Below, piece by piece: positions 13,026 to 26,917 of a DNA stretch of 64,000 nucleotides (position 1 is the stretch's first letter; each line of letters opens with the position of its first letter). Where the stretch lies: positions 100,812,001 to 100,876,000 of the forward strand of contig OX597815.1 of the NCBI GenBank assembly GCA_951406725.2, written 5' to 3'. The notes beneath the pieces were generated by a model that had not been told where the DNA came from, ran no database searches, and saw only the letters and a list, made by a program, of their open reading frames with translations. A program made the translations under genes and the position numbers. Origin of the DNA: Octopus vulgaris (lineage: Eukaryota).

Positions 13026-14597
13026 GTCAGTTGAGTAATATGTTACTATGATATTCCTGCTGGTTCACCATACTTTCAGTTCAGCAATAAATCAGAGAAA
13101 CATCAACACCATCATGCTTTACTTGAAAAGACGAAACAAAATACAGAAGAAATGTTTTCTGTTTTCTTCCTTTGGAACCAAAATTATTAAATGTACACTT
13201 AATCAACCAATTGACCAAAATCCTATACACCGTTGTCGACTATTTGTAAATGTTTCTCATTTATATTTCCCACTTATAGATATAGTTCAAATAAATTATC
13301 TGCTTGAGGTTGTTTCTAAACAATTCACATTGAGAGTATGCTGCTCAAACATTATGAAACATATACGTTGATGTCTAATTGAAGATGATGCCTTTCATGT
13401 TTCTAGTCTCAGTGTTTATAATAAATGTATTTTTATAACGTACGTAATACATGGTATTCCTTACCTGTATTAATTCTTGCTCGAATCAATTTTTAATTAA
13501 GTGATTATTTGAAGAACTACTCTAAAACAAAACACAAAGCTCTAGAAATTCTATTGATTGGTTCCTTTTGATTTATCAGAATTAGGAAATGGATTGTTGC
13601 TTGTCTTTCTTGAACCGGATTTAATTTTAGGGACTATTATTTCACGCAGTCAAGCCTGTTTCTATCAATACTAATTAGTTAATATAAATTTGGAAGGAAA
13701 ATAACTAAATAAAAATGACTGGCATGTATCGGCTAACGGAGGCAATCATCAAAAGTGAGCTATGTAAGCTTACCACCAATTTACAATTCGAATGTTCCAG
13801 AAAGTTTTGTTCAGGGCTATATAAACTGGCGATGTGGGTCCCTCGTCAGAGTTAAATCAGACTCCACACGGTGCTTTGCCAATTTGTTCTGCGAGATGTG
13901 CTCTCAGCTCTTTCCACTTGTCTTTTTGTAATACTATGAGAATACTTAGTTGAAAGAAGTTAATTATCATTGTGTTGTAATGTCGACACCTATCCATCCA
14001 TCTATTTCTCTGCCCTGTTTTCTCTTCTTTTTATGTGAAGCACTTGCAACATGAATTTAACGAGATTATGCTCTATATTTTCTCATGATCTAAATATTCA
14101 AGTATTATTACATAGTAGGAACATATAAAGTGTTCTTCGGCATTTTTTAAATACGCCTTTGTACATGTTTCAGTTATGAGCAGTTAAACGTAATAAATGT
14201 ATAGAAATACATATTTGTAGGGTCATTGTTGTCCACGAGCCTACTTGCTTATTATTAATAACACATGCGCACGCACTCACACACTCACACACAAACTTAC
14301 ACACACACATACACAAGCACATACACCTTGTAGTATGCTGTTTAGAGTATTCTACTACTTGATGTCAACAACAGTATAGAGGTATAAGTTGCTGGATTTA
14401 TTTCAAGAATTCCTTTGTGTCCGTAAAGTTTATATAAAATGTGAGAGAAAGAAAATGGAATTTACGAGACTCTTCATTCAGAGCCACCACGATCGTTTCG
14501 ACCCATCATGCAACGGATAGGTGAGATGGTGTACAAACAATTGTCATTCATCGTAGGTGAAGGTGCGTCTCTTCAAGGTAACTTTTCAAAAAGTATG

Positions 14598-14890
<293 letters not shown>

Positions 14891-15700
14891 CACTTATAGT
14901 GAATTTTGAAATACTATAGTTTTCCAACCTTTACTATGTATGAATTCGGTGCTCATTTAAAAATTTTAGTTCAAATCTTTTTGTATGTCTTTGTCAGATG
15001 AAGGGCAGCAGGGCCTCTGAGATTAGTACGAGGAAGATATCTTCAGATCGTGTTATGTTACTCATGGACTAAGCAGTGGAGTTGTGCAACCGTCACGTGG
15101 TCAAGCCGTCGGCGACGAAGCCGAAAACCCCACTAAGCTTGCTAGGTGAGGAGAGTGAAGTTTGGAACATTGTGGGATTAAAATCAAAATCCTGCAAAAA
15201 GTAGAGGAACTCAGGAGAGTAAATGGCCGTTCCATAGACGGGTAGACAGAACTTGTGAGCCTTGGTTGACTGTCTTGGAGAAGGAACACTCTGATTTTAA
15301 AACTGGGGTAGATAGGACTTCTTAGTCACATTGGTGACAGTCTGTCAGTGTCCAACGGCTCCATGCTTGGTATGGAGGAAAATGAACCACGAATCGGGAT
15401 CTATTTCTCGAGCAATGTTTGGATGAGGATACGGGACCGACTGATGTCCACCTAGCTCCTAGTGAGAATCATGAACATGGTCCCCAACACTCAGAAATGC
15501 GAATGGGAACAGTCCCAACTTATGGGTAGTAAGAGCTATGCTGTCTTGGTTGACAATCTTACTAGAGATGGTATCTTGATAAAAATACTGGTTGGTGGCT
15601 AACCTCAACATTGAGTGAAAATGTCTCATACAAGTGTACTAAATAATGGTGCAAATGAGGCTGGAATCAAAGGTGAAAAGCTTTCGCCCGGCAGGTGTCC

Positions 15701-15960
15701 TGTGGTTAAGCAGCGCAGGCCTGGTCGCGAAATTTTTTTCGCACGAGAGTTTCGGACCCCAGTAATGAACTCTTTTATATACAGCCAATCAGAGCTCACC
15801 TTGACCTTGTTAAGTTAACAAAGGCAGGCATTCAAAATGGCGACCTCCGATAAATTACGATAAGCACAAGCTTAAATGACTTTTCTTCTGCGCGTTTCAC
15901 CACTGTGGTTCTTTGGAAATCTGCATTGATGTTCCAAGTGCATTTGGCTGCTTAACCGCA
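15701..15960. mobile_element. 260-bp element with 14-bp terminal inverted repeats (TG...CA); MITE or solo-LTR-like
   Basis: TGTGGTTAAGCAGC at 15701 and GCTGCTTAACCGCA ending at 15960 (13/14 match). No clear target-site duplication. Confidence 0.45.
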
Positions 15961-18504
15961 ATGGATGATCAAAGGAGCACTATATTGCATTATGTTATAG
16001 AGAACCAAACCATCTGACTTGGTTAAGAAGCTTCTGCCGCATGCATCAATAATACCAATATCACTGGATGTTGCAAAAGCATAGTTGTAATTATACTCAA
16101 AATTCCACTCATACCAAGAGAAGAAATTTGCTCTACTGATTTAAAAGGTTCCAGTTCCCTGAATATTTAAACTTTGTCATGTCAATCAATAAATGTCAAA
16201 GGTAAGTTGCTGGATTATATCTTGAGAAATATTGCTTTGTTAATAGCTAGTTTTATGTAGAAATTGAAGCCCCCGTAATCTCTTCATTAATCCCTTCGTA
16301 GGTAAAACCAAAAATAGTAAGTATTCTGAGCTGCTGACAAGATAATGTTCAGAACTCCCAAGGTTATGATGGATACAGATCTCATATATGCAGAGGCTCT
16401 TCGCAACTTTTAATATATTTTTGTCGCTGCAGGTTTGTAGTTCCACTATTTAGACATGGGGGTTCCACTAGGCACACCCCTTTTCACACATTATAAGAAT
16501 GGTTTTATTTTCATGAGTGGTTTTTTTCTGATACTTCTATTTCTACTCATTTTCAAATAATTTCAAGAATTGAAGAACGCCAAGAATAAAATATTAGGTA
16601 AATGTTTTCACATGCCCTTACTGAACTTGCATGAATTAGATAATGAAATATACTGTTAATATTTAGTGTATATTAAATGCCTGATTGCTAGGAATATTTG
16701 GATAAGAATTTAGATTTTTACATGAAAGAAAACGTAACATAGTAAACTGATTAAGTTACTGAAACTGTAACAAATTAAACGCGTTAAGAACATTCTTGTT
16801 TGCGGTAAAGTATTAAGTACTGTGTTAGAATTACATATTGAAATATATGGAATATAAATGGAAAGTATAAGTATTTTATGAATCTGTTTGATAGTTAGAA
16901 TCGTTGGATTGCCCATTTATATACATACATATATTCGCTCGCGTGCGCGTGTTTGTTCGAACTGGATAAGAGGAATTATATAATGTTTGAGAATATATAG
17001 TTATAGGTGTCAAATATGCATTTTAATGGTGTTATGTGAAAGAATTACTATTACTTTATTATTGTACAGATAATCAATTACAAATGTTCTGTTCGAGTGG
17101 TGGTCTATTAACGTCGTTTGTAGCTGGTATAGCCTTTGAATTGGTATTTATTGAAATATCTACACATGGACAAAACCAAGATCTTTTTTGTTGAACATTT
17201 CGTAGGCAAGATATACATTATATTCAGAAAAGAATGAACCGATTAATTGTCGTAAAGTCACTCGCTCTAACCGTTGACCCACAAGTGTACTGTATCTGCT
17301 CTCCGCATTTTCTATCGCTACTGTATTCGTGAGTGGTTCGTCTCACTTCCTTTCATCACATTTCACCTTCAAGTCGCGTACAAGTTATTACACCCAGTCG
17401 TTCATTCGAAAATGATCGGCTCTCTGAAACTCCCTCCCTTTCTTACGAGTATTGACTGGCAACGCTTCATGGTAACAATCTCAAAAGTCTGGGTAAACCC
17501 GTGAACGCCATAGGGTTTTGCCTCGTCCTGCATACCCAGCAATTAAAGAAACAGTTTCAACAATGTTCCGATGTATAGGATGTAAAGCAACGTCAGTCGG
17601 TTGTGACATTTGCAGGGGTTTTGTCAGGAATAGGCAGAAATATTTATACTAACAAACTTGTAGAGATGTATGTTGTGTCACCACACTTACAGAACACAAT
17701 ATCCAGTTGATATGATGCCTCTTATCACATCATCAGTAACTCGTGCACCATTTTCATTTCCATTCTTAATGTCACTTCATTTTTATTGAAGACCGTTCAT
17801 ATTCACTTGAATACCATCATCTGGAAACAAGTTTAAACACAGTCCCCCCCAGCTCCAATTAATTGCAAGGTTCGTGATCGCATAGGACGAACGCACCTAA
17901 TAGGATTAGTTCGTCCTACGCACTTACGAACCTCTAAGTCATATGGAGCTAAGTCAAATTCTTATTTAAAAAATATATGTAACACCTACTAAGTGTGTGG
18001 AGTGCTATTTTCCTGTTTGTTCACTCACTCGTACACTCACACACGTATACATGCGCGCGTGCGTGTGTGCGTATAAATTTGTAGTGTAATGTATGGATTC
18101 ATAGGATCGTGTGGCTATCAAAGAAAGCTCTTCCAGTGGACTCGGCTACCAGACCACATAGTAATCCAATGCAGAATTCCATGCAGCTGAAGTCCAGGAG
18201 ATGCAATCGATGAAATTATTTCATGAGGAACATATACACGATAAAATGTCAGGAAGTAGAGAGTTGAATCATTGGTGTAACCACGATGTTCTTGTGATCT
18301 GATACGCAAGCTTTCTTTATCTGCATTGATTTGTGGATACGCAATTGTATTGTATAATGCACAGCATGCATATCAGTACAGAATGTAAACACAATTTATT
18401 AGGCACTGAAATTATCATTACATGAAGAAACAACTGTAACCCTAACGATGACATTCGGTTAAGTAAATATATTCACCTTTTATACCGCCTGACTTGTTAT
18501 GGTT

Positions 18505-18926
18505 TATCTCTTTACTCTTTTACTCTTTTACTTGTTTCAGTCATGTGATTGTGGCCGTGCTGGAGCACCGCCTTTAATCGAGCAAATTGAGCCTAGTACT
18601 TATTCTATCGGTCTCTTTTGCCGAACCGTTAAGTTACAGGGACGTAAACACATCAGCATCAGTTGTCAAGCAATGTTGTGGTTGTTGTGGTGGTGGTGGG
18701 AGGGGGGGCAAGCACAGACACGCAAACACCAACACACACATACATATATATATACATATATACGACGGGCTTCTTTTAGTTTCCGTCTACCAAATCCACT
18801 CACAAGGCTTGGGTCGGCCCGAGGCTATAGTAGAAGACACTTGCCCAAGGTGCCACGCAGTGTGACTGAACCCGGAACCATGTGGTTCGTAAGCATGCTA
18901 CTTACCACACAGCCACTCCTATGCCT
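18505..18926 (-). mobile_element. SINE family 1 copy
   Basis: Full reverse-complement copy, from head ...CTTACCACACAGCCACTCCTATGCC to tail TTTACTCTTTTACTCTTTTACTTG. Confidence 0.85.
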
Positions 18927-18944
18927 ATATATATAATAAAGTTT

Positions 18945-21900
18945 CTTTGTTTATTGATGAAAGCGTTCAAGGACCTTTACATGAAGTTTGTGAAGGGTCC
19001 ATGTCTCACTTGAGTAAAGGAGCGATGTCAGTACACATGCGCGGCACTCAGTAATTCTTGCTTGCCTTGTGATGCCATGCTGGGACCAGACACGAGACTG
19101 AAGAGACCGGAAGGAATCAGTTTCTTGCTGTAGTCTGAAAAATATTTTATCAGTCAGGGTGCAAGAACGGCTGAGTGTGCTACCTAGGTAGACAAATTCG
19201 TCTGTCACTTTCAGTATTGTTCCTTCAACCGAGATAGCTGGTTCCACATATGGATTTCCTGGTGCAGGCTGGAACATTACAACAGTCTTGTCCAGGCTAA
19301 TGCTGAGTCCAAATGTCTTGCAAGATGCAAAAATATGATTCATAAGTATTTGCATGTCATCCACTGTATGAGTGACTAAATTACAGTCATCTGCATAAAG
19401 GAGGTCACGAATAAGAGACTAGAAAACTTTTGAATTGGCAGCAAATCGGTGCAGATTAAAGAGGCAGCCAGAAGATCGATACCTGACTATATTCCCAGAG
19501 AGCTAACCTTAACAAAAGCATGAGTAAAAGCAGCAGTAAAGTACAAAGAAAAGAGAGTTGGGGCAATGACTCACCCTGCTGACACCATTCTCTACAGGAA
19601 TGGGTCCCGCCATGCCACCACCAACATTGACCCAAGCCGCCATCCCATCATGAAATGATTTAATTATAGATACACAGTGAGTCAGACATCCAAGGTTTGC
19701 CAAGTATTTTCAATAGCAAGGCCCTATTCACAGTATCAAAGGTCTTGGTTAAATCAATGAATACCTGGACAAGATCCATATTCTGCCCATACCACTTCTC
19801 CTGCATCTGTCATGCTGTCAAAATCATATCCATTGTCCCTCTACCTCTACCAGATCAGAAGCCACATTGTGATTCAGTTAGGACATCATTTACGAGGCAC
19901 CCATTCAGGCGAGTAAGAAGAATATTTGCCAGAACCTTGCCAGCAGCTGATAGAGCAATACCTTTGTAGTTACCACATTATTCTGGCTCCTTTTCCTTTA
20001 TAGAAAGGAAGAATAATTGCATCCTTCCAGTCCTTAGGCATTGCACTATCCCTCCAGACTACACTAATAAGTTCATGAAGGGACTGTATGATGTAATCAC
20101 TACCAAATCGCAAGACCTCAGCACAAATTCCATCCCTCCCAGATGCCCTACCAAAATTCAATTTACTTATTGCTGTCATTACCTCATCCATTGAGGGCGT
20201 GGAATTTAAAGAGCCAGTGATAGGTCTTTGTTGCATAGTATTAATCACTGTTTCATCCACAGCTGACTCATTGTTCAGGAGTTCAGAGAAGCGTTCAATC
20301 CAGCGACCTGTGATTTCTGTGGATTTATTAAATAGAGTAGAAGACTTCTTGGAAAACAAAGGAGCTGATGCAGAGCTCTTAGGCCCATAAACTTGCTTCA
20401 TAAGATAGTAAAGCTTCTTGCTGTCATTTGCATCAGCAACAGCCTGAACATCACGAGCAAAGTCCTCCCACCAAATGTTCTGCATCTTCCTGAGAGATTG
20501 CTGCAGTAGTGATTTTACACGCCATAGTGGGCAAGTGCTATATTTCGCGGCACAGCCGTAAGTCCTCTTTGCAGCAATAAATTGTGGGCCTGGCGCTTTA
20601 CAGCCAATAGTCGCTGAACGCCAGCATCATTTTCATCAAACCAGTCTCTGTGTCTGGCAGTAGCATATCCCAGTGTTTCAGCAACACATTGAAGAACCTG
20701 GTCTTGAAAATCTTCCCATACTGTAGTATTTTCAATGCTGGACAAGCAAGTCTGAAGCTCATTCCTCGACACAGCATCATATATCTTGTGGACATTCAGA
20801 CGCTGAGGAATGCCAACTAGCCCTCTTCTCCCTTTCACTCTAATCCTCATCCGGAACTTTGCTCGCACCAGACAGGGATCTGTCCAGCATTCCGATCCAT
20901 GAAAGGACTTGACATTACAAATGTCATAGATGTCACACCTTCGGATGATGACATAATCCAGCGAGTGCCAAACTTTAGACCTTGGATGCATCCATGTTGT
21001 TGTGTGATCACCTTTGTGCATAAAATGAGTACTAGCGATGTAAAGTCTATATTCATCGCAAAGCTCCAGCAGCACGAGACAATTGCTATTCATTTTCCCT
21101 ACACCAAAACATCCTAGAGAGTTCCATGTTTGCTAGTCTGTTCCAACCCTAGCATTGAAATCCCCCAGTAGAACGACTTTTATCAGAATTGGGGATTTTC
21201 CTATGTATGGCTCTCAGCTGGATATAAAAAATAGTTTTATTTTCATTACAACTAAGTCAAAGTAGGTGCATAGGCACTTAGAGTAGCAAACCGTCTACCT
21301 TTCAGGTGCAATCGTAGAGTCATTAGACGTTCATTTATAAGAACAGGAAGCTCCCCCAACTTCTTAAAGATATCAAATCGAACTGGAAAGCCAACACCAA
21401 CCTCTCTGCGCCCCTCCTTCAGCCTCCCCTTCCCAAAGAAGGTGTATCCACCCCCTATTTCCTCAAGCTGACCATCACCTTTCTATACGAGTCTCTGAAA
21501 GTGCAGCTAAATCAATGTTATAGCGATTCAGCTCGCGAGCAACAAGTGCAGTGCGTATTTCAGGCCTACAATCACTCTTGTTATCCTACAGAGTGCGCAC
21601 ATTCCAACATGAAATGTTCAAGTTCTATCCAGATTTTATAAAAGAATGTCTCCTTGTTTTTCGAGCGCAGAGTGGACATCCGCCAATCGCGCTAAACTGA
21701 CCAGATATAGAAAGACAGGCAATTTTTGGTTCACCTCTTTTGGAACCTCCCCGGCCTCCGAGTGAGCAGTAACCTCTCCAAATGGAGCTGCTTAGACACC
21801 CATGCAACAACTGAATCCTATTGCTGTATTGGGCGACAAAGAGACGACTTTATATCTAGCATGGGCTGCCTACGTGCAGGTCGCTGACTACATGCTTCCA

Positions 21901-23009
21901 ACCCGTCAGCTCTCATATTTGCTAGTCTGTTCCAACCCTAGCATTGAAATCCCCCAGTAGAACGACTTTATCAGAATTGGGGATTTTCCTATGTATGGCT
22001 CTCAGCTGGATATAAAAAATAGTTTTATTTTCATTATAACTAAGTCAAAGTAGGTGCGTAGGCGCTTAGAGTAGCAAACCGTCTACCTTTCAGGTGCAAT
22101 CGTAGAGTCATTAGACGTTCATTTATAAGAACAGGAAGCTCCTCCAACTTCTTAAAGATATCAAATCGAACTGGAAAGCCAACACCAACCTCTCTGCGCC
22201 CCTCCTTCAGCCTCCCCTTCCCAAAGAAGGTGTATCCACCCCCTATTTCCTCAAGCTGACCATCACCTTCTATACGAGTCTCTGAAAGTGCAGCTAAATC
22301 AATGTTATAGCGATTCAGCTCGCGAGCAACAAGTGCAGTGCGTATTTCAGGCCTACAATCACTCTTGTTATCCTACAGAGTGCGCACATTCCAACATGAA
22401 ATGTTCAAGTTCTATCCAGGTTTTATAAAAGAATGTCTCCTTGTTTTTCGAGCGCAGGGTGGACATCCGCCAATCGCGCTAAACTGACCAGATATAGAAA
22501 GACAGGCAATTTTTGGTTCACCTCTTTTGGAACCTCCCCGGCCTCCGAGTGAGCAGTAACCTCTCCAAATGGAGCTGCTTAGACACCCATGCAACAACTG
22601 AATCCTATTGCTGTATTGGGCGACTAGGAGACGACTTTATATCTAGCATGGGCTGCCTACGTGCAGGTCGCTGACTACATGCTTCCAACCCGTCAGCTCT
22701 GCATGCACCGCCGCAGGACTTCCGAATAGAAATAAAATAAATATATACTAAGAATAAGTAAATATATACTAAAAATAAAGGTGCATATATACTGAAAATA
22801 AAATAATATATATAGGGGGCGGGGAAAGCAGCATATATTGAGGAGAGGTCAGCAATGCCTGTGCAGAGTTTTAGGTCCAATAAGGCTTGCACGACACCTC
22901 ATAGACCCTCCCCACTTTATTGACATTATCCAGAGACAAGCCAGAACGAGATGTCTGGTGCCAATATGAGTCGCAGGCTCAGGGATATGGGAGTGCCATA
23001 ATCTCTGGC
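18945..23009 (-). mobile_element. Near full-length but inactivated RTE-clade LINE (APE endonuclease + reverse transcriptase)
   Basis: APE start NISCWNVRTL*...ARELNRYNIDLAALSETR, LLGDFNARVG and TWMHPRSKVWHSLDYVI. Linker DWFDEND. RT motifs QCGF, IDLTKTFDTVNR, LLYADD and FVYLGS. Several stops and frameshifts; the 3' end is truncated next to a SINE; the 5' boundary is approximate. Confidence 0.9.
21125..22700. repeat. Tandem duplication of ~788 bp (21125-21913, 21914-22700) within the RTE 5' region
   Basis: Both units run from CAT(G/A)TTTGCTAGTCTGTTCC to ...CCCGTCAGCTCT, with roughly ten differences by eye. Duplicate ORFs at 21625-21810 and 22412-22597. Confidence 0.95.
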
Positions 23010-23174
23010 ACAGACATTGGAGTATTGTCATTTCAGAACTGATGTTGCGGAGCTCACAACTTTGCGATTGATATCGAAGCTGGTAACAGCTAGATACATG
23101 TGAACAGGGTCGGATTAACTATTAAAAAGAATCCATTCTTGATTTCGATTTTGCTGCGGGAATCAGATATAGCC

Positions 23175-23177
<3 letters not shown>
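23010..23177. repeat. 168-bp direct repeat, copy 1 (downstream of gene B stop)
   Basis: Ungapped match to 24182-24349 with about 16 mismatches. Confidence 0.9.
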
Positions 23178-23207
<30 letters not shown>

Positions 23208-23397
23208 CATACATACATACATACATACATACATACATACGTATGTATGTGTATATATGGCGTACACATACTAATAAGTTGATTGTATTTGATATTTTTA
23301 TTCTTAACTGTTTCGATTAATTCAGTTCTTTAATCACGTTATTTTTGCCATTTATTCCCATTATAATTCTCTCAGATGAGTTTAACGATATTGTTTT

Positions 23398-23856
23398 TCA
23401 TTCTTCTTTAAACCATTGACAAGAAAGTGCTTCTAAGACAGTCGGTCTTTTCGTATATTCAAATGTAAATAAATTTTTCAAAAGGTCCTTACAATCGCTG
23501 CTCAGTTTTCGATAGTTGTATAGAGGGAAATCAAGTTTCTGTTGCTCTTCTAGAATACTTTTTATGCTTTTGTTTTCGTCAAACGGCATTTTACCTGTAC
23601 TGATAATGTAAAGGATCGTACCTATTGCCCACGTGTCTGCTTTGCGGGGATCGTAAGGTTTCCCCAGTAGAATTTCGGGAGCGGCGTATGACTTGGAACC
23701 ACAAAATGTTCGACTTAATTCTCCTACATAATTACGTTTTGCGAAACCAAAGTCTGTAATCTTGATATTACCGAGGTCATCAAGTAAAAGGTTTTCCAGT
23801 TTGAGATCACGATGAGTAATGTTTTGACTGTGAAGGTAATGGATCGCTTGGCATAT
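23398..23856 (-). CDS. TSSK-like kinase paralogue B, exon 3 (terminal; subdomains VI-XI)
   Basis: Acceptor ttgttatag|. Encodes ICQAIHYLHSQNITHRDLKLENLLLDD...IKITDFGFAKR...LSRTFCGSKSYAAPEILLGKPYDPRKADTWAIG...MPFD...KRPTV...WFKEE*. It is 459 nt and open, with AATAAA motifs just downstream (plus-strand TTTATT near 23351 and 23297). Confidence 0.93.
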   Translation of the reverse strand: MCQAIHYLHSQNITHRDLKLENLLLDDLGNIKITDFGFAKRNYVGELSRTFCGSKSYAAPEILLGKPYDPRKADTWAIGTILYIISTGKMPFDENKSIKSILEEQQKLDFPLYNYRKLSSDCKDLLKNLFTFEYTKRPTVLEALSCQWFKEE

Positions 23857-24181
23857 CTATAACAATGAATAAAATATAATTAATAAATAAGACGATTCGA
23901 ATATGTAGTCGATTTGCTAGTAACTAGCCAAATATCATTAAAATCTTACACACACTCTACTATCTTTAAAAATGATAGGCAACATCGGTTAACATAGCTT
24001 CAGATATGCTGTATCTGAAAAACAGAAGACATGCTCTTCACAAATGAAGCGCTTTTAATCATAGGTATATCCGATTTGGCCTGATCTGGGGTTTAGCAAA
24101 ACAAAAAGGAAAAGGAGAGAAAAAATAAATGAAAATTGATAATATTGTTGAATGGAGAATTAAATAGCTTGTGCTACATGT

Positions 24182-24349
24182 ACAGACATCTGAGTATTGT
24201 CTTTTCGGAACTGATGTTGCGGAGCTCACTACTTGGCGATTGCTATCGAAGCTGGTAACAGCTAGATACCTGTGAACAGGGTCGGATTAACTATTAGAAA
24301 GAAACCATTCTTGATTTCACTTTTACTGCGGGAAGCAGAAATAGTCATT
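24182..24349. repeat. 168-bp direct repeat, copy 2 (intron 2 of gene B)
   Basis: Matches 23010-23177. Confidence 0.9.
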
Positions 24350-25266
24350 GAAAATTTCATTACCATTAACTGCGGAAAGCAGTTTTATAAACCAATCTAT
24401 CTTTTGTTGAGAAATGCCATGTTTGATACTATTTTCCGTTGAGATATGTCCAATTTATTGAGGCAACGTGACTTGCAGTAAATACTTAACATCATTACTG
24501 GAATACCCATGAAAATTAATTTCTCAGTTAAAGAGTTAAGCAATTAAAATACATTGAAATCATAAGACTTTTATAAACTTTCAAGAGAACGTAAAATAAT
24601 TCTATTTTGGAATCTCGAGTCACATCAAATAAAGCTGCTTGTAAGTACTGGGTTGAAAAACCACTTAGGATAGAAAAAAATCGAGCAGCCTTCGACTTTT
24701 CCTATCCCAAAGAATTTTTCAACCTAATACTTACATGCTTTACTTATATCTTATGGTCCAGTGTTCCATAAAATGCATGTCTTGTCCAGGGACGTTTCAA
24801 CAGTGTTATAAGATCCCAAAATTGTTATAAGATCCTATGCGTTTATTGACTGCAAACCACAACATACATTGGTTGGCATTTGGCATCTAGACTCGTGAGA
24901 ACTTTGGGTAAATGTTCAGTTGTGCCCATTCCTTAATACGGCATTGATCTTGCTTGAAAAAAGAAAAATGAGCTCAACTCTTCTAGCTAAATGCACGTTC
25001 GTCAATGATCCAATTCCCCTCAGTAATGGAGTCATAATATTGTGCTTCTACCTAATTTTAGGTGTGTCTCTGCCATACTTTACAGGAGAATATTGGAAGT
25101 GTCTGTTACTAATTTAAAATTTTTATCATTAAACTCCAGGTTTATCATTAAACTCCTGATCGAGTGATCCTATAATCAAAATCATCAAAACCCTTTTAAA
25201 ATGAAAGAGTGTGATTTGGGAAAGGTTTGGTTGCTACTAATAGGAGGTCAAGCAACAACGCAGAGC

Positions 25267-25436
25267 AAGCATAGGCAACATTTTTCAAAGCGGGCCGCAT
25301 GACACGTGGTTCAATATGAGGCAGCATGAAGCGTGGCTCATCATCGGGTGGGCCGCACTACCAAAAGAATTTAAGATAACTTTTCGTTAGGCCTGCCATT
25401 CAGAAAGTCCCGCAGGTTGTACTGTGCCCATGATTG
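25267..25436. mobile_element. hAT (Charlie-like) MITE remnant
   Basis: Ends CAAGCATAGGCAAC / GTGCCCATGATTG and internal GCGGGCCGCA / GGGCCGCA motifs typical of Charlie-type MITEs. Confidence 0.5.
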
Positions 25437-25494
25437 GCATAGAGATTTAGTTACTGGAGCGAGAGAGAGAGAGAGAGAGAGAAAAAAAAAGAGA

Positions 25495-25541
<47 letters not shown>

Positions 25542-26917
25542 GTAAGCGTTGGTGATAAGATGAAAAAAACCCATCGAGCCTTCAGTAAGAAGCATTATTG
25601 CTAGGACAATTGCGACTCTCACCTACTAAATAAACTAAATTCATTGGTTATGGGGGAGGGTGCTAAATTGACAGAATCCTTGCATTTCTTCAGCTCTTTA
25701 CGTTCAGAGTTGAAATCCCAGCTGAAGTCAATTTGCTTTTCACCTTTCCGGTATCGATAAAATAAAGTACTGAGGTCAATTTAATCGACGGCATATTGAG
25801 GCAATGGGCTAGTATGGTACAGAAGAGTCTAACTTCTTGTCCAAGCCTGAGGTCCCGACGACAAGAGGAGTACATTGCCTTCACATTAACATTATCTATA
25901 GTATCCTATTTAACTGTCTACGCTCAAACGTATACACATGCTACTGTTTACTCCCTCTCTCCCCAATCTCCGAGCGCAGACTCTATTAAAAGAAGTAACA
26001 CAAAATAGAAGATTATTCACGGGAGTATGTTCTCTTTTTACATGTATTTTCCTAAATATTCCTCTCCATTTTGATGATATTTACATACATTATGACAATT
26101 GTAGACTAATAATTAGTAACACATTGTAAGATTATCTTAAAATATTCGTCCTCACAATCCCTGATGATCTCTCTTGGCGATCCCTCATCAATGGCATAGC
26201 TTAAACACTACTCCAAGACTAGTCTTCCTTTTCCGGACCAGAAAATACTTTAGTCCTGATAACTTGCTGAATAAAATCGCCTACACCGCCAATACAATAC
26301 TACTTCCAGATTAGCGAACGATTTTGCAGCAATATACACAAACATCCAAGATTGCAGTCATTCAAGCGATTGGCAAAAACTCGCTTAATATCATACTACA
26401 AACGCTGACCTAAAAACGTGATCGCTTTCCTCTCTCTGCTTTTTCTTCTGCTGTTGTTAGCTATTTGCACACCACTTCTAACTGGCTCGTGTGCGAGCCA
26501 TTATAAGATAATGAAGAGCACCTGTACTGCAACTCTTAAATAAAGAATTATTTATTAAACAACGTAGTTCGTGATATAAAAAAATTGAAATGGTCAAAGA
26601 TGGAACGTCTCTGATCACAAATTTGATCACTCACATTGGATGGGTTTAAACAATAACTGTATCACCACCCACACTAATCACTGATCCGATTCCTCCTACC
26701 CCAAACATGAACTATTCGTAATTTATTTCCTGCTCTTCATTTCAATGTAGATATCTATTTACAAATATTCAACTGAATTTCAATCGTATAAGTCTTACTA
26801 CTCTGGGAGGGCTTGAGAAGGTCAAGGGCAGTAACACTTCCTCCAGTATAAGACAGAAAAAGTAAACAATCACTCAACTACTAACGTAAATATATAAATA
26901 AGATTTTAAGAATTTAC

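Noticed and set aside
22720-23009. HDV-like ribozyme expected in the RTE 5' UTR
   Set aside because: I could not assemble the nested double pseudoknot by eye; a descriptor-based search is required.
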